DNA of 64,000 nucleotides, taken from positions 1,312,001 through 1,376,000 of the forward strand of contig CAVYQE010000001.1 in the NCBI GenBank assembly GCA_963770565.1, given 5' to 3'. The position numbers and the translations under genes are program-made. The notes beneath the pieces are model-generated. The model searched no databases. It had not been told where the DNA came from and saw only the letters and a program-made list of their open reading frames with translations. The stretch comes from an uncultured Actinomycetota bacterium. Lineage in GTDB: Bacteria > Actinomycetota > Actinomycetes > JAFAQI01. Positions 1 to 9,527 of the stretch are shown here, one piece after another; positions within the stretch are counted from its first letter, which is position 1; the number at the start of each line of letters is the position of its first letter.

Positions 1-867
1 CGGTTCGCGCCCGGGTTGTCGTTCTTCTTCGATGCCCACATCGACTTCTTCGAGGAGATCGCGAAGTTCCGCGCGGCCCGGCGGATCTGGGCCCGCTGGC
101 TGCGCGACGTGTACGGCGCGACCGATCCGCGCGCCCAGTGGCTGCGGTTCCACACCCAGACCGCCGGGGTGTCGCTGACCGCGCAGCAGCCGGACAACAA
201 CGTGGTCCGGACCGCGATCGAAGCGCTCGCTGCAGTGCTCGGCGGCACCAACTCGTTGCACACCAACGCACTCGACGAGGTGCTGGCGCTGCCGAGCGAG
301 AAGGCGGCCGAGATCGCGGTGCGCACCCAGCTGGTGCTGATGGAGGAGACCGGGGTCACCAACGTCGCCGACCCGCTCGGCGGCTCGTGGTACGTCGAGG
401 CGCTGACCGACAAGATCGAGGCCGACGCCGAGGCGATCTTCACCCGGATCCGCGAGATGGGCAGTGACGGCACCATGACCGCGGGGATCCTGCGCGGGAT
501 CGAAGACGGCTGGTTCATGGCCGAGATCGCCGACGCCGCGTTCGCCTACCAGAAGGCGCTGGAGAAGGGCGACAAGCGCGTGGTCGGGGTCAACGTGGGC
601 CAGGAGACCGTGACTGGCGAGCTGGAGATCATGCGGGTCTCCCACGAGGTTGAGCTCGAGCAGAACCGGGTCCTGGCGGCGCGCCGGGCGGCTCGGGACG
701 ACGCCGCGGTTCGCGCTTCGCTCAGCGCTCTCGGCGAAGCCGCGCGCGGCGAGACCAACCTGCTGCCCCCGATGCTCGACGCCGCTCGCCACGAGGCGAC
801 CCTCGGGGAGATCTGCGGCGTGCTGCGCGAGGTCTGGGGAAGTTACCGCGAGCCGGCCCGGTTCTAG
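1..867 (+). CDS. Methylmalonyl-CoA/acyl-CoA mutase large (substrate-binding) subunit, 5'-truncated by window edge
   Basis: Mutase motifs FFEEIAKFRAARRIW, RFHTQTAG, LGGTNSLHTNALDE, DPLGGSWYVE. Ends without a B12-binding domain (split type). Confidence 0.9.
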   Translation, partial: RFAPGLSFFFDAHIDFFEEIAKFRAARRIWARWLRDVYGATDPRAQWLRFHTQTAGVSLTAQQPDNNVVRTAIEALAAVLGGTNSLHTNALDEVLALPSEKAAEIAVRTQLVLMEETGVTNVADPLGGSWYVEALTDKIEADAEAIFTRIREMGSDGTMTAGILRGIEDGWFMAEIADAAFAYQKALEKGDKRVVGVNVGQETVTGELEIMRVSHEVELEQNRVLAARRAARDDAAVRASLSALGEAARGETNLLPPMLDAARHEATLGEICGVLREVWGSYREPARF

Positions 868-891
868 GGGCCGTCTCCTAGGCTTAGTCGG

Positions 892-1812
892 GTGACGCAG
901 CCCCCGCCGGACATGAGGTTGCGCGGCGCCGTCGATCTGAGCGCGCTCAAGCGCCCGCCGGCACCGCCGGCCGCGCCCGCGAGCACCCCTGGCACACCGG
1001 TCATCGACGTCACCGAGGCGACGTTCGAGGCCGAGGTCGTCAACCGCTCGATGCAGGTGCCGATCGTCCTCGACTTCTGGGCCGAGTGGTGCGGGCCGTG
1101 CAAGCAGCTGTCGCCGATCCTGGAGAAGCTGGCCGCCGAGGATGCCGGGCGCTGGGTGCTCGCCAAGGTCGACGTCGACGCGCAGCCGAGGCTGAGCCAG
1201 GCGTTCCAGATTCAGAGCATCCCGAGCGTCATGGCGGTGATCGGCGGGCAGCCGGTGCCGCTCTTCCAGGGCGCGGTCGCCGAGGCACAGGTGCGCGACG
1301 TCATCAACGAGGTGCTGCGGGTCGCGGCCGAGCACGGCATCACCGGCACGGTGTCAGCCGGCAACGGCAGCGACGATGCGCCGGCCGGGCCGACCGCGGT
1401 CGAGCTCGAGTACGCCGCAGCGGCGGACGCACTCGCTCGCGGTGACGCGGAGACGGCGCGGGCGGCGTACACAGCCCTCCTCGACCGCGCTCCGGGTGAC
1501 CCGGTCGCCACCGTCGGTCTGGCCAGGTGCGAGCTCGCGGTTCGCGTCGGCGGGGTCGACGAGGCGAAGGCGCGCGCGGGTGCCGAGGCCGATCCGGACG
1601 ACCTCGACGCGCAGTTCGTGGTCGCGGACCTGGACATGACGCGCGGTCAGGTCGACGAGGCGGTCTCGCGCCTGGTCGAGGCGGTCCGGCGCACCACGGA
1701 CGACGACCGCAACCGCGCCCGCGAGCGGCTGATCGCGCTCTTTGCGACGCTGGACCCGCAGGATCCGCGGCTCGCGGCCGGCCGCCGGGCGCTCGCAAAC
1801 GCGCTGTACTGA
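892..1812 (+). CDS. Thioredoxin + TPR chaperedoxin (YbbN/CnoX-like)
   Basis: DFWAEWCGPCK active site followed by helical TPR-like region ending RRALANALY. TAGGCT -10-like hexamer 7 nt before GTG. Confidence 0.88.
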   Translation: MTQPPPDMRLRGAVDLSALKRPPAPPAAPASTPGTPVIDVTEATFEAEVVNRSMQVPIVLDFWAEWCGPCKQLSPILEKLAAEDAGRWVLAKVDVDAQPRLSQAFQIQSIPSVMAVIGGQPVPLFQGAVAEAQVRDVINEVLRVAAEHGITGTVSAGNGSDDAPAGPTAVELEYAAAADALARGDAETARAAYTALLDRAPGDPVATVGLARCELAVRVGGVDEAKARAGAEADPDDLDAQFVVADLDMTRGQVDEAVSRLVEAVRRTTDDDRNRARERLIALFATLDPQDPRLAAGRRALANALY

Positions 1813-1884
1813 ACCCAGGCACTGAAGCCGCCCCGCGCCGCCCACCGGCGAAGGCGTGACCGGACGGCCTCTACGCTCGCGGGC

Positions 1885-2664
1885 ATGGCTGACTTTGTGA
1901 CCCTCGAGGTCGACGGCGCGATCGGCACGATCCGACTCGACCGCCCACCGATGAACGCGTTGAACGGACAGGTTCAGAACGAGATCAAGGCGGCGGCGCA
2001 GGAGGCGAGCGAGCGCAAGGAGATCCGCGCGGTGGTCATCTACGGCGGCCCGAAGATCTTCGCCGCCGGCGCCGACATCAAGGAGATGGCGCTCGCGTCG
2101 TACGCCGACATGGTCGACCGCTCGGTCGGACTCTCCGGCACCTTCGCGGCGGTGGCGGCGATCCCGAAGCCGGTGGTCGCGGCGATCAACGGCTACGCGC
2201 TCGGCGGCGGCTGCGAGCTGGCGCTGTGCGCCGACCGGCGGATCGCGGCGGACAACGCCCATCTCGGCCAGCCCGAGATCCTGCTCGGCGTGATCCCGGG
2301 TGCCGGCGGCACCCAGCGGCTGCCGCGCCTGGTCGGGCCGGCGAAGGCGAAGGACCTCTGCTTCACCGGCCGGTTCGTCGGTGCCGAGGAAGCGTTGCGG
2401 ATCGGCCTGGTCGACGAGGTGGTCCCGCCGGAGTCGGTCTACGACGCGGCGATGGCCTACGCCGGGCAGTTCGCCAACGGGCCGGCGTATGCGTTGCGGG
2501 CGGCAAAGGAGTCGATCGACCACGGCCTCGACGGCGACCTGGCGACCGGCCTCGCGATCGAGCGCCAGCAGTTCGCGGCCCTGTTCGCGACCGAGGACCA
2601 CCGGATCGGGATGGAGTCGTTCATCGAGCACGGCCCCGGAAAGGCCGAGTTCGTCGGCGGCTGA
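1885..2664 (+). CDS. Enoyl-CoA hydratase/isomerase
   Basis: FAAGADIKEM, AAINGYALGGGCELAL, GQPEILLGVIPGAGGTQRL crotonase motifs. Confidence 0.93.
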   Translation: MADFVTLEVDGAIGTIRLDRPPMNALNGQVQNEIKAAAQEASERKEIRAVVIYGGPKIFAAGADIKEMALASYADMVDRSVGLSGTFAAVAAIPKPVVAAINGYALGGGCELALCADRRIAADNAHLGQPEILLGVIPGAGGTQRLPRLVGPAKAKDLCFTGRFVGAEEALRIGLVDEVVPPESVYDAAMAYAGQFANGPAYALRAAKESIDHGLDGDLATGLAIERQQFAALFATEDHRIGMESFIEHGPGKAEFVGG

Positions 2665-2730
2665 CGGCACCGCCCACGCGGGCAGCGCAGCGAAAGAATC
2701 GAGTTGACCGGTTTGGGTACGGTCGAGGGT

Positions 2731-4527
2731 GTGACCGGCACCGGGGGTGAGCAGGCTCCGGAGGGGGTACCGCGTGTTGCGCTGATGCGCTCGCGGTTCG
2801 CCGCGTTGTGGTGGTTGCGGTCCTACCTCAAGCCGTGGTCGCGTCAGGTTGTCGTGATGTTCGTCGCGGCCCTCGTCGGCGTCGCGGCCAGCACGCTCGT
2901 GCCGCTGGTGATCGAGGCGATCGTCGACGGCCCGATCAAGCGCGGCGAGCGCAGCCAGCTGATCCCGCTGTTCCTCGCGGTGCTCGGGCTCGGCATCACC
3001 GAGGCCGGCCTGATCGCCTACCGGCGCTGGGTGCAGTCGATCGCGGTGCTCTCGGTCGAGCGGCAGATCCGCGACGACCTCTACGCGCACCTGCAGAAGC
3101 TGTCGGTGAGCTTCCATGACCATTGGGGCACCGGGCAGTTGCTCTCCCGTGCGACCAGCGACCTGTCGACGATCCGCCGCTTTCTCGGCTTCGGCGCGAT
3201 CTACCTGGTCGTCAACACCGTGCAGTACGTCGCGGTCATCGTGTTGCTCCTCACGACCTACTGGCCGCTGGGGATCCTGGTCGCCCTGTCGACCTTCCCC
3301 GTCGTCGTGCTGTCGCGCCGGTTCGGTGCGTCGTACGCCGTGGTGTCGAGGCGGATGCAGGACCAGCAGGGTGACCTCGCGACCATCGCCGAGGAGGCCG
3401 CGAGCGGGATCCGGGTCACGAAGGCGTTCGGTCGCGGCCCGTGGCTGACCAGCCATTTCCTCTCCTCCGCCGAGCTGGTCCGCGGGTCGCAGCTGGACAT
3501 GGTCGGGCTGCTCGGCCGGTTCTGGTCGTTGCTGATGCTGATCCCGAACCTCACGATGGCGCTGGTCGTGCTGCTCGGGACGCTCGCGGTCGTGCACGGC
3601 GCGATGACGCTGGGTGCGCTGGTCGCCTTCGTGGCATTGCTCGTGCTGCTGCAGTGGCCGGTCATCGACATCGGCTGGATCCTCGCGATGGCGGAGGAGT
3701 CCGCCACCGCGGCGATGCGGTTGATCGAGGTCTTCGAGACCGAGCCCGCGATCGCCAACCCGCAGGAGCCGATCCCGCTGGTCCGCCCGCGCGGCCGGTT
3801 GTGCTTCGAGTCGGTGTCGTTCCAGTTCCACGACGCCGACGAGCCCACGCTGCGCGACATCTCGCTCGACATCGAGCCCGGCGAGACGGTGGCCATCGTC
3901 GGCGCGACCGGCTCCGGGAAGAGCGTGCTCACCGCGTTGCCGTCACGGCTGCACGACGTGACCGGCGGCCGGATCACCCTCGACGGCGTCGACATCCGCG
4001 ACCTCGCGCTGACCCAGCTGCGCCGGGAGGTCGCCACGGCGTTCGAGGACCCGGTGCTGTTCTCGATGAGCGTTCGCGAGAACCTCTCGCTCGGCCGGCC
4101 GGACGCCTCGGATGCCGAGATCGAGGCGGCGCTTGAGCTGGCCCAGGCGACCTTCGTCCACGACCTGCCGTGGGGGCTCGACACCAGGATCGGCGAGCAG
4201 GGCCTGTCGTTGTCGGGCGGTCAGCGGCAGCGCCTCGCGCTGGCTCGGGCGGTGGTGGCGCGGCCGACCGTCCTGGTGCTCGACGACCCGCTCTCCGCTC
4301 TCGACGTCCACACCGAGGCGCTGGTCGAACGCGCGTTGGCCTCGGTCCTGCGCGAGACGACCGGGCTCGTGGTGGTGCACCGGCCGTCGACCGTCGCGCT
4401 CGCCGACCGGGTCGCCTTGCTCGTCGACGGCACGTTCGCGGCCGTCGGCACGCACTCCGAGTTGATGCGACTTCCGGCCTATGCCGCGATCCTCACCGTC
4501 GACGGGACCGAGCGGGAGGCGTCATGA
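2731..4527 (+). CDS. ABC exporter, fused permease/ATPase (half 1)
   Basis: Hydrophobic N-terminal TM domain, Walker A GATGSGKS, LSGGQRQR, Walker B VLDDP (catalytic Glu replaced by Asp). Start chosen from TACGGT + 7 nt + GTG. Confidence 0.9.
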   Translation: MTGTGGEQAPEGVPRVALMRSRFAALWWLRSYLKPWSRQVVVMFVAALVGVAASTLVPLVIEAIVDGPIKRGERSQLIPLFLAVLGLGITEAGLIAYRRWVQSIAVLSVERQIRDDLYAHLQKLSVSFHDHWGTGQLLSRATSDLSTIRRFLGFGAIYLVVNTVQYVAVIVLLLTTYWPLGILVALSTFPVVVLSRRFGASYAVVSRRMQDQQGDLATIAEEAASGIRVTKAFGRGPWLTSHFLSSAELVRGSQLDMVGLLGRFWSLLMLIPNLTMALVVLLGTLAVVHGAMTLGALVAFVALLVLLQWPVIDIGWILAMAEESATAAMRLIEVFETEPAIANPQEPIPLVRPRGRLCFESVSFQFHDADEPTLRDISLDIEPGETVAIVGATGSGKSVLTALPSRLHDVTGGRITLDGVDIRDLALTQLRREVATAFEDPVLFSMSVRENLSLGRPDASDAEIEAALELAQATFVHDLPWGLDTRIGEQGLSLSGGQRQRLALARAVVARPTVLVLDDPLSALDVHTEALVERALASVLRETTGLVVVHRPSTVALADRVALLVDGTFAAVGTHSELMRLPAYAAILTVDGTEREAS

Positions 4528-6395
4528 CGGCCGACCGCCCCGATCTGCTCGCCGACGACGACGTCGAGATGGACGAGATCTCGCACTGGCGCGGCGTGGC
4601 CGCCGACACCGACGAGGAGATGCCGACCTCGGTGTCGGTGATCCTGCGCCGTCGTACTCGCACTCTGCTGTCGTCGCTGTTGCGACCGCATCGGCGCTCG
4701 ATGATCAACGTGTCGTTCGCGATCGTGGTCGGCACGGCCGCGTCGATGGCGATCCCGGCGCTGGTCGGAATCGGCATTGACTCCGGGATCAACAACGCGC
4801 GCAGCGGCGATCACACGACGATCATCCTGGTGACCGCAGCGATCGTCGTTTGCGCGCTCACCCAGGCCTGGCTCACGAGAGTGTTCCTGCTCGGCTCGGG
4901 GCGGATCGGCCAGGACGCGGTGATCGAGCTACGCCGCCGGGTCTTCGTGCACTTCCAGTCGCTGAGTCTGTCGTTCCACGAGAGCTACACCTCGGGTCGG
5001 GTGATCAGCCGGCTGACGTCGGACTTCGACGCGATCAACGCGTTGCTCGATGCCGGTCTCGACACCCTCGTCACGTCGGTGTTGACGATCGTCACGATCA
5101 GCATCGTGCTGCTGGTCCTCGACTGGCCGCTCGCGCTCGTGTCGCTGATCTCGCTCATCCCGCTGCTGTTCATGAGCCGCTGGTATCAGCGCCGGTCGAC
5201 CGTTGCCTATCGCCGGACCCGTGAAGCGATCGCGCTGGTGATCATCCACTTCACCGAGTCGCTGCGCGGGATCCGCGCGGTGCAGGCGTTCCGTCGCGAG
5301 CCGCGCAACAACGAGATCTTTCGTGACCTCGACGAACGCAACCGCAAGGCGATGACCACGTCGTTCCAGCTGCTCACCGTCTACTGGCCGGGCATCCGGC
5401 TGGTGGGCAACGTCACGACCGCGGTCGTTCTGCTGTACGGCGGCACCCGGGTGATCGACGGCAAGATGGGCGTCGGCGTGCTTGCAGCGTTCGTGTTGTA
5501 CCTCAGGCAGTTCTTCGAGCCGATGGCCGAGGTCAGCCAGTTCTACGACGCGTTTCAGGGTGCCGCGGCCGGGATCGAGAAGCTGGCCGGCGTGCTCGAC
5601 GAGCGGCCGACCGTTGCGCTTCCCGAGGTGTCGACCCGGCTGCCGGCCGAGGAGTTCCGGGGCGCGGTGCACTTCGACCAGGTGAGCTTCGGCTATCGGC
5701 CCGGGCGGGAGATCATTCACGACTTCTCGCTGCGGATCCCGGCCGCCCAGACGGTCGCATTGCTGGGAAATACCGGCGCGGGCAAGAGCACGTTGGCTCG
5801 CCTGCTGGCCCGTTTCTACGACCCGCTCGCGGGCGTCGTTTCGGTCGACGGGATCTCCCTGCCGGAGCTCGCCGAGGTTGACCTTCGCGCTGCCGTCGCG
5901 ATGGTCACGCAGGAGTCGTTCATGTTCTCCGGGTCGGTGGCCGACAACATCGCCTTCGGCCGCCCTGACGCCAGCCGTGCCGAGATCGAGGCTGCCGGCC
6001 GAGCGGTCGGCGTCGACGCCGTCGTGTCGCATCTGCGCGACGGGTACGACGAGAACGTCGGCAAGAACGGCTCGCGGCTCTCGGCCGGTCAGCGGCAACT
6101 GATCGCGCTGGCCCGCGCCCTGCTGGCCGACCCCGCGGTCCTGATCCTCGACGAGGCGAGCTCGTCACTCGACGCGCCGACCGAACGGCTCGTGCAGAAC
6201 GCGCTCAAGACCGTGCTGGCGAACCGGACCGCGCTGATCATCGCGCACCGGCTCTCGACCGTGGCGATCGCCGACCGGGTGCTGGTGATGGCGGACGGCC
6301 GGATCATCGAGGACGGCACGCCGCAGGAGCTGCTCGAAGCAGGTTCCGGGGAGTACGCCGCGCTGGCCAAGGCGTGGCGGGAGAGCCTGGTCTGA
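4524..6395 (+). CDS. ABC exporter, fused permease/ATPase (half 2)
   Basis: ATGA overlap with the previous gene. GNTGAGKS, LSAGQRQ, ILDEA, IAHRLST. Confidence 0.9.
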   Translation: MTADRPDLLADDDVEMDEISHWRGVAADTDEEMPTSVSVILRRRTRTLLSSLLRPHRRSMINVSFAIVVGTAASMAIPALVGIGIDSGINNARSGDHTTIILVTAAIVVCALTQAWLTRVFLLGSGRIGQDAVIELRRRVFVHFQSLSLSFHESYTSGRVISRLTSDFDAINALLDAGLDTLVTSVLTIVTISIVLLVLDWPLALVSLISLIPLLFMSRWYQRRSTVAYRRTREAIALVIIHFTESLRGIRAVQAFRREPRNNEIFRDLDERNRKAMTTSFQLLTVYWPGIRLVGNVTTAVVLLYGGTRVIDGKMGVGVLAAFVLYLRQFFEPMAEVSQFYDAFQGAAAGIEKLAGVLDERPTVALPEVSTRLPAEEFRGAVHFDQVSFGYRPGREIIHDFSLRIPAAQTVALLGNTGAGKSTLARLLARFYDPLAGVVSVDGISLPELAEVDLRAAVAMVTQESFMFSGSVADNIAFGRPDASRAEIEAAGRAVGVDAVVSHLRDGYDENVGKNGSRLSAGQRQLIALARALLADPAVLILDEASSSLDAPTERLVQNALKTVLANRTALIIAHRLSTVAIADRVLVMADGRIIEDGTPQELLEAGSGEYAALAKAWRESLV

Positions 6396-6450
6396 CCCGG
6401 CACCGGCCGGGACTCGTTTGTCGTCGGTGGATTCGTGCATGATCAGGTCC

Positions 6451-7935
6451 GTGAGCACCACCGAGGCCGCGCCCACCCGGCCCGGTATCGCTCGCCGCGT
6501 GGTCGGGCACGGCGCCAGCCAGGTCGAGGACGCGTTCGGCGGCCCGGCTCGCACCAGGGTGATCCTCGTGCTCGGCGCGGTCTGGGCGCTGTCGAGTGCC
6601 GACACCGCAACGGTCGGTGCATCCGCCACCGTGCTTCGACACGCCCTGCACATCGACAACGCCGACATCGGCCTGCTGGTCGGGGTCAACGCAGTGGTCG
6701 CCGCGATTGCGAGCATCCCGTTCGGCGTGCTGGCCGACCGGGTGCGTCGTACGACGACTCTGGGCCTGTCGATCGTGCTGTGGGGTGGCTGCATGATCTG
6801 GAGCGCCACCGCCAGCTCGTTCGGCAACCTGCTGGTGACCCGGCTCTTCCTCGGCATCGCGACCGCATCGGCCGGCCCGGTGGTGGCGTCGATGCTCGGT
6901 GACTGGTTCGCGAGCGCCGAGCGCGGCCGGATCTACAGCTACGTGTTGACCGGTGAGCTGCTCGGTGCGGGAGTCGGGTTCGCGGTCACGGGTGACATCG
7001 CGATGCTGTCGTGGCGGTTGGCGTTCGTGATCCTCGCGTTGCCGGCCTTCGTCATTGCCTGGGCGGTGTTGAAGCTGCCGGAACCGGTGCGCGGCGGGAG
7101 CGGCGCGATTCCGCCCGGCGCGTTGCAGATCCCGGTCGCCGGTGACCTCGGTGTGGTGCCGGGGGAGAACACCGCGGAGGAGACCGCGCTCGAGGAGACC
7201 GATGCACAGCGGATCTCGCGGGAGAAGGGAGTCGCGCCCGACCCCGACAACATCCTGGTCGGCGATCCGCGCCGGATGAGCCTGATCGACGCCACGCGTT
7301 ACATCCTGTCGATCCGGACCAATGTCGTGATGATCATCGCGGGTGCGTGCGGCTACTTCTACCTGGCCGGCGTGCAGACCTTCGGCGCCGAGTTCGTGCA
7401 CCAGCAGTACGGGATCGACCAGGCGCTGGCCAACCTGCTGATCCTCGCGCTGGGGCTCGGCGCCGTAGTCGGCGTGCTGGTCGGCGGCCGGCTCGGTGAT
7501 GCGCTGCTGGCCCGCGGGCATCTCAACGGGCGGATGCTGGTCGCTGCAGTCACGTCCGGGATCGCGGTGCTCGCCTTCGTGCCGGCGCTGCTGACCCACC
7601 ATCCGTGGCGGGCCCTGCCCTACCTCATCCTGGCTGCGTTCGGTCTCTCGGCTCAGAACCCGCCGCTGAACGCTGCCCGGCTCGACATCATGATCCCGCC
7701 GTTGTGGGGGCGCGCCGAGGGGGTGCGCACCTTCTTGCGCACCGCTGCCCAGGCACTGGCACCGGTGTTGTTCGGAGCGATGTCGGACATCGTCTTCGGC
7801 AACCGGCACGGCGCGCTGCATTGGACGTTCCTGGTGATGCTGCTGCCGTTGGCGGCCAGCTCGCTCGTGTTGTTCAGGGCGTTGTCGAGCTATCCGCGCG
7901 ATGTCGCGACCGCGGCGGCCGCTACTCGCCGATGA
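6451..7935 (+). CDS. MFS transporter
   Basis: GVLADRVRR (MFS motif A-like), GGRLGD in second half, multiple hydrophobic segments. Start uncertain (6418-6451). Confidence 0.85.
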   Translation: MSTTEAAPTRPGIARRVVGHGASQVEDAFGGPARTRVILVLGAVWALSSADTATVGASATVLRHALHIDNADIGLLVGVNAVVAAIASIPFGVLADRVRRTTTLGLSIVLWGGCMIWSATASSFGNLLVTRLFLGIATASAGPVVASMLGDWFASAERGRIYSYVLTGELLGAGVGFAVTGDIAMLSWRLAFVILALPAFVIAWAVLKLPEPVRGGSGAIPPGALQIPVAGDLGVVPGENTAEETALEETDAQRISREKGVAPDPDNILVGDPRRMSLIDATRYILSIRTNVVMIIAGACGYFYLAGVQTFGAEFVHQQYGIDQALANLLILALGLGAVVGVLVGGRLGDALLARGHLNGRMLVAAVTSGIAVLAFVPALLTHHPWRALPYLILAAFGLSAQNPPLNAARLDIMIPPLWGRAEGVRTFLRTAAQALAPVLFGAMSDIVFGNRHGALHWTFLVMLLPLAASSLVLFRALSSYPRDVATAAAATRR

Positions 7936-9391
7936 GCGCGTCGGTCGCCGGCGTGTGCCGATCGAGAAAGGCGAAGACGTCGGTGGTGTCGACGCCCGGG
8001 AAGGTGCCGGGGGGCAACGCCGCCAGCAGGTGAGTGTGGGCGCGGGCCGACGGCCAGGCCCGGCCGGACCATCGATCAGCCAGGTCGGCCGGCGGTCGCC
8101 GGCAGCAGCTCGGTGCGGGACAGGTCGAACGACGGCGGCGATGGGTGTCCGATGCCCGGAACCACTTCGCGTGCTGGAACGGGACGCCGACCGTAACGGC
8201 GAACTCCCCGCCCGGCCCGGGCTGGACATGTGCGGTGCAGAAGAACGTGCCGCCGGGGGTGTCGGTGTATTGCGCGTAGGTGCCGTAGCGCTCCGGCGCG
8301 GTGAACACCTGTCGCGAGGAGTACTCGCGACAGGCCAGCTGACCCTCGATGGCGCCGATCGCGTCGGACGGGAAGGCCAGGCCGTCGTTCTCGTACGCCT
8401 TGTAGATCGTGCCGCTGGCGTCGGTCCGGCAGAAGTGCACCGGCAGGTCGAGGTGATGGGTCGCGAGGTTGGTGAACCGGTGCGCGGCGGTCTCGTGCGA
8501 GATCGCGAAGACGTCGCGCATGTCCGCCATGTCGATCGCCCGGTCGCGCTTGGCTTCGGTCAGGAACCGTACGGCGTGGGTCTCGGGCACGAGCGCGGCC
8601 GCGGCGAAGTAGTTTGCCTCGACCCGTTGCCGCAGGAAGTCGGCGAAGTCGGTCGGGTCGGTGTGACCGAGCGCGAAGTGACCGAGGGTCTGCAGGACGA
8701 CGTAGCGGGGGTCGTGGCCGGCCGGTTGCTGTGGCAGGTAGATCCGCTGATGCTCGAGGTCGGTGACCGAGCGGGTCGACTCCGGCAGGTCGGTCACGCT
8801 GTGCAGGGTGAAGCCGAAGTGCGCGGCGAGGTCGGTGATCATCCGCTGGGGGAGCGCGCCGCCGGCGTAGTTCACCGCCTTCAGCGCCTGCCCGACCGCG
8901 CGCTCGATCTCGGGGAAGTAGTTGTCGATGCTGCGCATGTGCCGGCGCAGCTCGACGTTGGCCTGCCGGGCGGCTTCCGGGGTCGCCGCAAACCGGGCGT
9001 CGCGCCGGCGCAGCTCGTCGTGCAGGGCGACGACGTGCTCCAGTACGTCGGTCGGGATCCGCGGGCTCGGCCGCAAGGCGGGCAGGCCGAGCGAGGCGTA
9101 CGACGGTTCGCGCTGGGACCGTTCGAGCGCGATCTCGAGCGAGGCCCGGCGGCTCGGTGGCTCGGGCCGGAGCAGGTCCTCGACCGGGACGTCGAGGGCG
9201 CCGGCGATCGCCCGCAGCAGCGACAGGCGCGGCTCGCGACGGCCGTTCTCGACCATCGAGAGCGCGGAGCTCGCCGAGCCGGACGCGGCGGCGAGCTGGG
9301 CGAGAGTGAGGCCGTGCGTGCGGCGCAGGTGCCGGATCCGCTGGCCGAGGGTGACCAGGTCGATTTCCGGAGCCTCAGTCGGTCGCGCCAT
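7922..9391 (-). CDS. XRE-HTH / IrrE-like / short-chain acyl-CoA regulator (RamB/PrpR-like), divergent from aceA
   Basis: N-terminal XRE HTH (LGQRIRHLRRTHGLTLAQLA...SMVENGRREP), EANYFAAAALVP, F-x-IS-x-ETAAHR, Cys-rich C-terminus. Divergent from isocitrate lyase. Confidence 0.82.
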   Translation of the reverse strand: MARPTEAPEIDLVTLGQRIRHLRRTHGLTLAQLAAASGSASSALSMVENGRREPRLSLLRAIAGALDVPVEDLLRPEPPSRRASLEIALERSQREPSYASLGLPALRPSPRIPTDVLEHVVALHDELRRRDARFAATPEAARQANVELRRHMRSIDNYFPEIERAVGQALKAVNYAGGALPQRMITDLAAHFGFTLHSVTDLPESTRSVTDLEHQRIYLPQQPAGHDPRYVVLQTLGHFALGHTDPTDFADFLRQRVEANYFAAAALVPETHAVRFLTEAKRDRAIDMADMRDVFAISHETAAHRFTNLATHHLDLPVHFCRTDASGTIYKAYENDGLAFPSDAIGAIEGQLACREYSSRQVFTAPERYGTYAQYTDTPGGTFFCTAHVQPGPGGEFAVTVGVPFQHAKWFRASDTHRRRRSTCPAPSCCRRPPADLADRWSGRAWPSARAHTHLLAALPPGTFPGVDTTDVFAFLDRHTPATDALIGE

Positions 9392-9408
9392 GGCTACATC
9401 AAACCATC

Positions 9409-9429
9409 TTCTTCGCGTTTTGTGAAGAA
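9409..9429. promoter_or_regulatory. Inverted repeat, candidate operator in the regulator/aceA intergenic region
   Basis: TTCTTCGC-GTTTT-GTGAAGAA imperfect palindrome between divergent starts. Function inferred. Confidence 0.45.
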
Positions 9430-9527
9430 TCAGAGTTCTTCTCGTCGTTCGATTGCCTACTGATCAGTAGACCGGGCACATAGTGGAACACCGAGAGAAG
9501 TTCACGATGCGATTCCAGGAGCGATCC

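Noticed and set aside
1354-3831. Long antisense or alternative-frame ORFs (e.g. 1354-3831, 15646-17808, 36160-38622, 6304-8229)
   Set aside because: Shadows of real genes caused by high GC3; Arg/Gly/Pro-rich with no motifs.
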